Positions 18,834 through 26,503 of a stretch of 64,000 nucleotides of DNA are shown in pieces; the stretch's first letter is position 1; each line of letters begins with the position of its first letter. The stretch is from an uncultured delta proteobacterium (lineage in GTDB: Bacteria > Desulfobacterota > RBG-13-43-22): assembly GCA_963802945.1 (NCBI GenBank), contig CAWDKY010000015.1, positions 384,001 through 448,000 on the forward strand. Reading direction: 5' to 3'. Both the position numbers and the translations under genes were made by a program. Below the pieces are notes generated by a model, which did no database searches, had not been told where the DNA came from, and was given only the letters and a program-made list of their open reading frames with translations.

Positions 18834-19355
18834 TCACCTATTCTTTAAAAACTGCTCGATCTCCTGCTTGTGTTGGGCTACGTAACTACAGCTTGGCTCT
18901 TGGCCGCACTTTCGACATTTCAGGTCGTAGGTGGAATTGATGGTCTGGCACCGTGGACAGGTATAGTCTTTCCTAATTTCCTTGAGCCATTGTTTGTAAC
19001 CCTTAGACTTGATTCGCTCAAGATTTTCCCAAAGGTCGATCCGATGAGGCATGGCAGATTGAAACTGCTTCAGTTCATCGCAGGGATACTCTTCACATTG
19101 GCTGCAAAAGGCGATGCCTCGTTCCGCTGCGCAAGCAAACATCTTGCATTTCTCGCAATAGGGCAACCTCTTGTCCGACCGGCATCCATAGCACTTGCTC
19201 TCTTCCGCTGATAAATGCAATTGTACCGCAAGCTTTTTGAGCCTTTCCTGATCTTCCGTGGTGGCGATAAACCATGAGCAGGCTTCACAGTAAAGGCCGC
19301 ATACAGCGGCTAATTTTTTGTCCAATTCTTCAAATTGCTTTTCTTCATTTTGCAT
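18834..19355 (-). CDS. DUF3795 Cys-rich protein
   Basis: AVCGLYCEAC, CYGCRS, CSQCEEYPC, CPRC...CRKC. Confidence 0.85.
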   Translation of the reverse strand: MQNEEKQFEELDKKLAAVCGLYCEACSWFIATTEDQERLKKLAVQLHLSAEESKCYGCRSDKRLPYCEKCKMFACAAERGIAFCSQCEEYPCDELKQFQSAMPHRIDLWENLERIKSKGYKQWLKEIRKDYTCPRCQTINSTYDLKCRKCGQEPSCSYVAQHKQEIEQFLKNR

Positions 19356-19395
19356 GACGACCTCCATCCTCATTTTCAAATACCTGCGGAATAAA

Positions 19396-19454
19396 ATAAA
19401 GGAGCCGGTCCTGATTATTTATTGTTTCGCCTTAAAGAGAACCTTCCCATCTAT
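19396..19454 (+). repeat. Hairpin repeat copy 3
   Basis: ATAAAGGAGCCGGTCC-TGATTATTTATTGTTTCGCCTTAAAGA-GAACCTTCCCATCTAT. Confidence 0.88.
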
Positions 19455-19529
19455 CATGCTTCTCCCTATTGCCTTGAATTAAGTAACCTGTCCTCGGGAT
19501 AGCACGGCACTTTGTTTATTTCTATAAGG

Positions 19530-21032
19530 TCATCCGTTCGGTCCCTTGGTCACCGGTTTGCCTATGTCCCTGACAATGGCCTTCAATAAGGCCAGGTAAA
19601 GCAAACGGTGAAAAGGATACAGGACATACCAATAGAGGATCCCACCCAACCCTCGGGGTAAAAAGCGGGAGATCTGCTCAAGCTCGGTATTGCCATCCGG
19701 AAGAGGCCGGATTTTGAATTCCAGGAGGGCTTCGCCGGGCAGCTTCATTTCAGAGACTAATATTAAATGAACCAAAGGTGTTATTTCCAATACTCGCCAA
19801 AAATCCAGGGCTTCGCCGGGCAGTAAATCAGTCGGATGGCGTCTTCCTCTCCTGAAACCGACACCCCCGACCAGGCGGTCAACCCAACCCCTGATTTTCC
19901 AGAGAATGTTTTCAGAATACCAGGCTTTCCCGCCCCTGCCTTGAATTACAGATTTCCAGACCTCTTCCGGATGGGCTTTAAAGCGAACACGAAAGCTCAT
20001 TTCCAGAATAGTCCCACCGGCATACTGAGTATCCCCGCAATAGTACCATTCCTGGGGAACAATAGCGCCGGCATCCATCCAGCAGGTATCAATTCGTTGC
20101 TGATCAATGCGGTCCAAGGCCAAGCGAATGGTTTGTCGGCAGTCCAGTAATTCTTGGGGGATGATGTCCCGGATCCGCTGGTCCTGGCAAGTAACTGGAT
20201 TACGCAATCCTTCAGTCAGAGGTCTGGCGATGGAAGAAGGGATCGGGGTGAGGAGATGGATCCAATAAGAACTAAACCTTGGGGAAAGGATTGGGATCGG
20301 AATAATCCACCGCTTGTGAAGATGGGCCTCTTGGGCATAGAGCTGAAAAAGTTTCCGATAGGTTACCACATCAGGCCCGCAAATATCAAAGTTCTCACCT
20401 AAAACCTCATCATGCTCCAGACACCCCTGCAGATAATTCAAGACGTTTCGGATGGCGATGGGTTGAACCGGAGTATTCACCCAGCGGGGGGCGAGCATAA
20501 TGGGTAACCGATCCCCAAGATAACGGACCAACTCAAAAGAAGCACTCCCGGATCCCAAAATCATGGCGGCCCGCAGGAAGGTAGCCGGCACCTGGCCGGA
20601 CTGTAAAATCCGGGCCACCTCCTGCCGGGAGCGCAGGTGTTCACTGAGCCGGCGATCATCGCGACCGCCCAATCCCCCCAGATAGATGATCCGATTTAAA
20701 CCGGCCTTGGCAGCCGCTTCAACCATATTTTGGGCTGCCCGCCGGTCGGTCTTGGTATACCCTTTAGGGTCGGCATTCATGGAGTGGACCAGATAGAAGG
20801 CAGCCCAGCATCCAGCCACAGCCTGATTTAAGGATTCTTGGTTCAAGACATCCCCGGTTGCCAACTCGACTAAGGGATGATTCCCCCAGGGACGCCCTTT
20901 TAATTTAGCCGCCGATCGCCCTAGAGCACGAACCTTATAACCGGCTCTTAAAAGTTGGGGAACCAGCCTTCCCCCCACATATCCTGTCGCTCCGGTAACT
21001 AATACAGGTTGGGTGTGCACGAAGATCTCCAA
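19530..21032 (-). CDS. Atypical SDR with DUF2867 domain (YbjT-like)
   Basis: VTGATGYVGGRLV, YLVHSM, GSGSASFE, LDFWRV, EMKLPGEALLEF. Confidence 0.9.
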   Translation of the reverse strand: MEIFVHTQPVLVTGATGYVGGRLVPQLLRAGYKVRALGRSAAKLKGRPWGNHPLVELATGDVLNQESLNQAVAGCWAAFYLVHSMNADPKGYTKTDRRAAQNMVEAAAKAGLNRIIYLGGLGGRDDRRLSEHLRSRQEVARILQSGQVPATFLRAAMILGSGSASFELVRYLGDRLPIMLAPRWVNTPVQPIAIRNVLNYLQGCLEHDEVLGENFDICGPDVVTYRKLFQLYAQEAHLHKRWIIPIPILSPRFSSYWIHLLTPIPSSIARPLTEGLRNPVTCQDQRIRDIIPQELLDCRQTIRLALDRIDQQRIDTCWMDAGAIVPQEWYYCGDTQYAGGTILEMSFRVRFKAHPEEVWKSVIQGRGGKAWYSENILWKIRGWVDRLVGGVGFRRGRRHPTDLLPGEALDFWRVLEITPLVHLILVSEMKLPGEALLEFKIRPLPDGNTELEQISRFLPRGLGGILYWYVLYPFHRLLYLALLKAIVRDIGKPVTKGPNG

Positions 21033-21053
21033 TAATTTTTGTGGAACATGGGG

Positions 21054-21790
21054 TCAAGTTTGGTACAGACCGCCATTGACCTGGATGGTTTGTCCGGTCA
21101 TATATCCATTGCCAACCAGCATAAGGGCCACATCGGCCACCTCTTCCACGGTCCCGAAACGACCGACCGGAATCCGGTCCGGTCTGGCCTTGATGCCATC
21201 ACTCATCATATCGGTGATGATCAGGGCCGGGCATATGGCATTGACCGTGATCCCCTCCTTGAATAACCGGGAAGCGTAGGAATGGGTGAGGCCCAGGATA
21301 CCGGCCTTGGAGGCCGCATAATGAGGGCCCACAACCCCGCCGACCTGGGCGGCGGTCGAGGACAGGTTGATGATCCTTCCCCATCGCTGGGACCGAAGGC
21401 CCGGCAAAACCGCTTGGGTCACCAGGTAACAGGATTTCAGATTGATCCTGAGCGTTTCGTCCCAGACTTCTTCGGTCATTTCCTCAAGGCCCCGGGGTTT
21501 GGCAATCCCGGCATTGTTTATAAGGATGGATATGGGTCCCAGTTCCATCTCGATGGTTTCTGACCAATCGGCTCACCTCTTCCGCCTGGCTGACATCGGC
21601 CTGTACGGCCAGACTGCGACGGCCAAGACTTTTGATCTCCGAACTCACCTCCTGGGCCTCGTTTTCATGGGTTTTAAAATTGACCGCCACATCAGCACCG
21701 GCTTTGGCCAAGGACACCGCAATGGCCCGGCCGATTCCCCGACTGGCCCCGGTCACTAAAGCGATCCGGCCGCTTATTTCCGAATGTCAT
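21054..21790 (-). pseudogene. FabG-like SDR split by frameshifts
   Basis: ALVTGASRGIG in one frame; NNAG, YAASK, PVGRFG in another; a further frame break near the start. Confidence 0.8.
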
Positions 21791-21813
21791 CTTTTCATCC
21801 CTTCTTTATTGAA

Positions 21814-22203
21814 TTAGGCTTTCGTGAACAGCTCGGGGTTGGCGTATTTGGTAATGTCAATAGCGAAATGGACAAACAAATCCTTTTGGCCCCCGATGGG
21901 GAGCCAATAGGAATCCACGAACCGTTTACTGGGGGCATAATAGCCGACGGATCTTTTGCCCACCCCTTCTTCCAAAGCCGAATTTCCCAGACACTGTTTA
22001 TGAATACAATCATCTCCGGATAATTGATAGCATTTCATTCCCAAGCGAACCCCTCTGTCTCTGGCTGTTTGGTTGAAATCTACAATAGTCCGATCTTTTC
22101 TTAAGAGGAAAACAGGAGTAGGAAACATATCCCACATCAAATGAAAGGCTTTTAAAATCTCCGGATTGACCTCAATATTGTCAGGCTCTTGACTCTTTTC
22201 CAT
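21814..22203 (-). CDS. Small PAS-like protein, copy 1
   Basis: FHLMWDMFP, LLRKDRTIVDFN, GMKCY...C...C; near-identical to 24846-25235. Confidence 0.75.
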   Translation of the reverse strand: MEKSQEPDNIEVNPEILKAFHLMWDMFPTPVFLLRKDRTIVDFNQTARDRGVRLGMKCYQLSGDDCIHKQCLGNSALEEGVGKRSVGYYAPSKRFVDSYWLPIGGQKDLFVHFAIDITKYANPELFTKA

Positions 22204-22239
22204 TTTTGTTCCTTCCAATGCTTACCGACCATATAAAAA

Positions 22240-22298
22240 TTAAAGGGGATGGTTCTGATTATTTATTATTTCGCCTTAAAGAGAACCGTCCCATTTAT
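22240..22298 (+). repeat. Hairpin repeat copy 4
   Basis: TTAAAGGGGATGGTTC-TGATTATTTATTATTTCGCCTTAAAGA-GAACCGTCCCATTTAT. Confidence 0.92.
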
Positions 22299-22436
22299 CC
22301 ACAAGATCTCAAATAAAAAAATGATAACACTCCAATTTGTTGAAGTCAAATTACCTTGACAGGCCATATTTTCTCCCTCTATACTTCACTCACCCAAAAG
22401 AAAATCCAAATCAAAGATAAAGAAAGAGAAAATAAC

Positions 22437-23522
22437 GTGAACCAGATTGATCCAATTTACCAGGAATTAGCGGAAAAAATGGGGAGTCCCGATTCAAAAA
22501 TATTACCCAGAGTACTCCAGAGGCTGGCTACTCTGGAACAGGCCCAAATCCTGCGCGAAATGCCGGCTTCCTTTGAGGAAATCGCCAAAAAGTTAGGCTT
22601 GAGCTTGGAAACAGTGGAAAAGCTAATGCAAGGGCCGTTTGAAAATGGGGTTATTTTCCATGGCAAGCATGGTTGGCGTATGCCGGCAAACTGGTTTTTC
22701 TTACACGACATGGCTGGGTCATCCGAGTCCAAGTATGACGATGACGTATTTTTTGATTTGATGATGGATGTGCATAATGAGAACATAGAACGGCTGGTAA
22801 AACGATTAAAAGAAGCCAAGGAACCGACTCTGAAGCAAGTGCAGAGAGTAGTTCCCGACTGGAAAGCCATCCAGGGTATACCCGGCGTTCTACCACATGA
22901 AAACACATTCGTAGGCTTTAAAGATGTATCACCGGTCGTTTCGATTAATTGCGCCTGCAAGAGGCTCTACCGTGACAGGAAGTGCAAAGATGATATCCCT
23001 CTCCGAGTATGCTTTACTGCCGGCAGATCCGGAAAGGTGGCTCTCGAACGCGGACTCGGGAGGGAGATCAACCACGATGAATATTTGGAGATTCAGGAGC
23101 GAGCTACCGAATATGGACTCGTTCATCTTTATCCGAATAATTCCAAAATACCCGACGGGATATGTAACTGCCATCATTGCTGTTGCGGTCAATTCTTGAT
23201 CAGTGCCCATACGAAGCCGAATTTTAATCTGCTCTCGATTGCCAAGAGTCGTTTCATTGCGGAAGTGGACCAGGAGAAGTGCAGGGGTTGCAGGAAGTGC
23301 GTGGATAAGAGATGCCCGGTCGGTGCGGCTCAGATGAAATTTTCCCCTGAATATGGTGAGGACCGTGCCTTTATTGATACGGAAGAATGCATTGGCTGCG
23401 GACTCTGTGTGCTGACCTGCCCAACTGGGGCCCGTAGGATGGAGTTAGTCAGACCGCCGGACCATATTCCGGAACCCCGTAACTTTTCTTTATCTGAAAT
23501 AGTTGCTGATTTAGTGTCCTAA
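22437..23522 (+). CDS. 4Fe-4S protein with N-terminal HTH-like region
   Basis: CACKR, ICNCHHCCC, CRGCRKCVDKRCP, CIGCGLCVLTCP; GTG start. Confidence 0.85.
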   Translation: MNQIDPIYQELAEKMGSPDSKILPRVLQRLATLEQAQILREMPASFEEIAKKLGLSLETVEKLMQGPFENGVIFHGKHGWRMPANWFFLHDMAGSSESKYDDDVFFDLMMDVHNENIERLVKRLKEAKEPTLKQVQRVVPDWKAIQGIPGVLPHENTFVGFKDVSPVVSINCACKRLYRDRKCKDDIPLRVCFTAGRSGKVALERGLGREINHDEYLEIQERATEYGLVHLYPNNSKIPDGICNCHHCCCGQFLISAHTKPNFNLLSIAKSRFIAEVDQEKCRGCRKCVDKRCPVGAAQMKFSPEYGEDRAFIDTEECIGCGLCVLTCPTGARRMELVRPPDHIPEPRNFSLSEIVADLVS

Positions 23523-23630
23523 ATTTGGTGCGAACACGACTTATTTCTTCAAAAATTCGAGGGACCATATTTATTTCCAATTTAAAAATTAAATTAGTAT
23601 GGATGTCCCCCGATTTAGTCCCGCTTTAAA

Positions 23631-23689
23631 TTAAAGGGGACGGTTCTGATTATTTATTCTTTCGCCTTAAAGACAACCGTCCCCTTTAT
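23631..23689 (+). repeat. Hairpin repeat copy 5
   Basis: TTAAAGGGGACGGTTC-TGATTATTTATTCTTTCGCCTTAAAGA-CAACCGTCCCCTTTAT. Confidence 0.92.
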
Positions 23690-23718
23690 CTTTTTCCCGA
23701 TGTCGTGGAATTCAACAA

Positions 23719-24468
23719 TCAATCTTTAAATCCGAATATTGCACTTTGAATGATTCTGGTTGCCATGATCATTTGTTCTGCCTTCATATAGGCACCACTC
23801 ATTCTATGTGTCTCTTTTCTATATTCTCTTGCATGTTCTTCTGACCAGAAGAAAACACACTCAGTTCAGAATGAATCGATAATACTATCGTCTTTGAGTT
23901 TGAATAAATCTATATCCGGTACAAAGATTACCGGTTCGCATCCTCCGTCCTTGACCTTATAGCGAAGATCACTGTCAATCTCGATTTCCATCGGACAAGA
24001 GCAGTGGGCACATTCGGTTTCAATTTGTACCATCAGGTGTTCGTTTCGTAATTTCCCTTGCACGAAGGGCGTTGCAAATGCATCTGCCGCTCAGGCGGCA
24101 TACAATTTTTCACCTGTGCTAAAAGAAATTTTGTGTGGGGTTTTATCAACCGTGACCGGATAGGCCCACACCACATCTCCCTTTCTGTTTCTATAGAGGA
24201 AGGTCATGCGCTTTTCCAGATAATCCAATGCGGTTTTAACACCATCAACCGAAAAACCAATCTCGTTCGATATGAATTCCGGGGATAAAGGCTTACTTTG
24301 ACGCGGGAGTTCTCTTACCACGAAATGATGAATCAGACGATATTCCTCGGATAGAGCGCCTTGTTCTTTTTCAAATTTTCTTCTTCCTTTAGCTATTTGT
24401 TTCTGCCATAAAAATGGCGGGACTTTAATTATATACCGCCACATTCCAAGCATGAGTTTATTACTCAC
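23719..24468 (-). CDS. merB: MerB-like organometallic lyase, predicted selenoprotein with two Sec (U126, U201), 249 aa
   Basis: ORFs 24091-24468 and 23866-24063 and a further 48 codons are one frame interrupted only by TGA at 24091-93 (LYAA-U-AAD) and 23866-68 (IDSF-U-TECVFFWSEEHA); also AYPVT...TPH and N-terminal wHTH. Confidence 0.82.
23828..23868 (-). promoter_or_regulatory. Bacterial SECIS-like hairpin after second UGA
   Basis: UGA-ACUGAGUGUGUU-UUCUUCU-GGUC-AGAAGAA-CAUGC: 7-bp upper stem, GGUC loop 19 nt after UGA. Confidence 0.75.
24055..24093 (-). promoter_or_regulatory. Possible SECIS hairpin after first UGA
   Basis: UGA-N21-CCCUU-CGUGC-AAGGG; G at second loop position; an alternative fold is possible. 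Confidence 0.5.
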
Positions 24469-24616
24469 AGAAATTTTCCTTTCAATCTATTTGAGGTTTC
24501 AAATGTTTAGTCGCATAAAATTTCAGCTAACCTGCCGCGCCAATGACCCACCCTTGGCCCTTTTCCAATTTTAAATGATATCGGAACCTAAAGTAGAACA
24601 ACGGTCTTGTTTAATT

Positions 24617-24673
24617 AATTGGGAGGATTCTGATTATTTATTATTTCGCCTTAAAGAGAACCACCCCATTTAT
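24617..24673 (+). repeat. Hairpin repeat copy 6
   Basis: GGGAGGATTC-TGATTATTTATTATTTCGCCTTAAAGA-GAACCACCCCATTTAT. Confidence 0.88.
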
Positions 24674-24845
24674 TCTATGCCAAATATAATTGGGAATAAA
24701 ATATCGATTAGCTCCTGGCATCGCTGTTCTGCTTAAACCGTCATACCCTGAATGGAATTTCAATCTGTTGTCCCGGTCCGACCCTTATTTGATTATTGAA
24801 ATCTCAGTTATGTCAACAGAATTTTCAAGGTAACCTTAAATTGGA

Positions 24846-25235
24846 TTAGGCCTTCGTGAACAGCTCGGGGTTGGCGTATTTGGTAATGTCAATAGCGAAA
24901 TGGACAAACAAATCCTTTTGGCCCCCGATGGGGAGCCAATAGGAATCCACGAACCGTTTACTGGGGGCATAATAGCCGACGGATCTTTTGCCCACCCCTT
25001 CTTCCAAAGCCGAATTTCCCAGACACTGCTTATGAATACAATCATCCCCGGATAATTGATAGCATTTCGTACCCAAACGAACCCCTCTGTCTTTGGCTGT
25101 TTGGTTGAAATCTACAATAGTCCGATCTTTTCTTAAGAGGAAAACAGAAGTGGGAAACATATCCCACATCAAATGAAAGGCTTTTAAAATCTCCGGACTG
25201 ACCTCAATATTGTCCGGCTCTTGACTCTTTTCCAT
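24846..25235 (-). CDS. Small PAS-like protein, copy 2
   Basis: 4 amino-acid differences from 21814-22203. Confidence 0.75.
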   Translation of the reverse strand: MEKSQEPDNIEVSPEILKAFHLMWDMFPTSVFLLRKDRTIVDFNQTAKDRGVRLGTKCYQLSGDDCIHKQCLGNSALEEGVGKRSVGYYAPSKRFVDSYWLPIGGQKDLFVHFAIDITKYANPELFTKA

Positions 25236-25350
25236 TTTTTTCCTCCCGATGCTACCATATAAGATTTACTATATATGCCGAATGAGTTTCATACTTATTC
25301 ACCAGCATCCCAAGTTTTCTTAAATTAAGGAAACTGTCCCCCGGATTACA

Positions 25351-25390
25351 GATTATTTATTTTTTCACCTTAAAGAGAACACCACTTTAT
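25351..25390 (+). repeat. Hairpin repeat copy 7 (left arm lost)
   Basis: GATTATTTATTTTTTCACCTTAAAGAGAACACCACTTTAT, flanked by two AATTAAG.AAACTGTCCCCC motifs. Confidence 0.75.
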
Positions 25391-25468
25391 TCTTGAATTA
25401 AGTAAACTGTCCCCCGAATAGTCTGGCCTGGTACCTCTGCTTATTGGAAGGAGGAGAGAAAGAAAAAA

Positions 25469-26503
25469 TTATTGCTTTGTTCTAAATTCCTTTAACATCG
25501 TACACTCAACGAGCTTATCCAGATTCTGTAGTGTAAACACCTTCCCCCGTGTTGCCAAGATTATCCTTTTCATATCTTCCCGCCGGACCCCGAAACCGCG
25601 GCCTGCGATGCATGCGATGACTTCGTACTTCGGCTTTCCCTCTGACTGTCCTTCCATACTCAGCGTACCCAGGCGTTGAATGCGGGCGACTTTGTCACGC
25701 GCCGTACCATCGTCCTCGGTTATTTTCGCTTCAATGATCGCCTGTGGATTGAATTCACTGGGAATAATGAAATCAGGTGTCTGATCAAAACCTTGAATTT
25801 TCTGTGCCCTTTTTGTTTTCCGGTAGGTGATACCTGCCTTGCTTAACACATCCTCAATTGCCGATTCCAGACTGTCTCCGATAAGATCGCTCACGGAGTC
25901 CCGGTGACCCGCGAAGGGTCTGCCAAGGAACCGCTCATAGAGCAGCATGGCATAAGGAACCCCGATATCTGCAAGTGATCTTATACCATCCAGACCTGTT
26001 CTCGTATCGGCCTTGTCAAGCCGATGTATTTTGTTCCGTGCCACATTCGGTACGTTCTTTTTAAGAAACTCACACGCGGTTACGATCAAGGCATTCAGCC
26101 GTTCCGCGCTCAGGCTGCTGATCTTAAGAGGTGTTATCGGTGCCAGCCGGATATCCCGATCAAGCGTACGAACGAAACCTTGGGTGACCACGATTTTTGT
26201 ATGCTGAGTGGCGATATAAGCCCACTCCGGCGGTGTGAAACCCAAAATGGTACGAATAACAATGACCGATACAGGCACGGCCTTAACGCAATCCATGACC
26301 ACCTCGGGTGTCAGGGTACGAAAACCGCCTGTTGCCTGTTTCAACGCTTCGTATCCTTTTTCAAACACTGGATATTCGACGAATCCATCACCTTTTGGCA
26401 TGATAAGAAATTCTGACTCAAGACAAGAAAATATCGCTGTCACATACTGATCAGGATCAGCCTGCACGTCCTCAAAAGGAACTTCAAAAGAAAATTTCAT
26501 CAT
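25469..26503 (-). CDS. Putative restriction endonuclease, PD-(D/E)xK
   Basis: TPDFIIP...IIEAKITEDDGTARDK; overlaps the stop of the methyltransferase. Confidence 0.75.
   Translation of the reverse strand: MMKFSFEVPFEDVQADPDQYVTAIFSCLESEFLIMPKGDGFVEYPVFEKGYEALKQATGGFRTLTPEVVMDCVKAVPVSVIVIRTILGFTPPEWAYIATQHTKIVVTQGFVRTLDRDIRLAPITPLKISSLSAERLNALIVTACEFLKKNVPNVARNKIHRLDKADTRTGLDGIRSLADIGVPYAMLLYERFLGRPFAGHRDSVSDLIGDSLESAIEDVLSKAGITYRKTKRAQKIQGFDQTPDFIIPSEFNPQAIIEAKITEDDGTARDKVARIQRLGTLSMEGQSEGKPKYEVIACIAGRGFGVRREDMKRIILATRGKVFTLQNLDKLVECTMLKEFRTKQ

Noticed and set aside
21780-21800. In-frame TGA upstream of the FabG-like SDR as Sec
   Set aside because: No catalytic Cys at this position; better explained by a one-base insertion after the ATG at 21790
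23719-23721. Third TGA of the MerB-like gene as Sec
   Set aside because: It falls where MerB proteins end, just before a repeat, with no obvious hairpin; treated as stop
21814-25235. Duplicated gene as DGR template/variable repeat
   Set aside because: Differences are not adenine-specific, are mostly silent, and there is no reverse transcriptase
14779-25390. Hairpin repeats as a CRISPR array
   Set aside because: Intervals are 0.6-4 kb and contain whole genes; no cas genes in the window
14779-25390. Repeat core as a dif/pdif (XerCD) site
   Set aside because: ATTTCGCCTTAA loosely resembles a XerC arm, but no TTATGTTAAAT XerD arm lies 6 bp away
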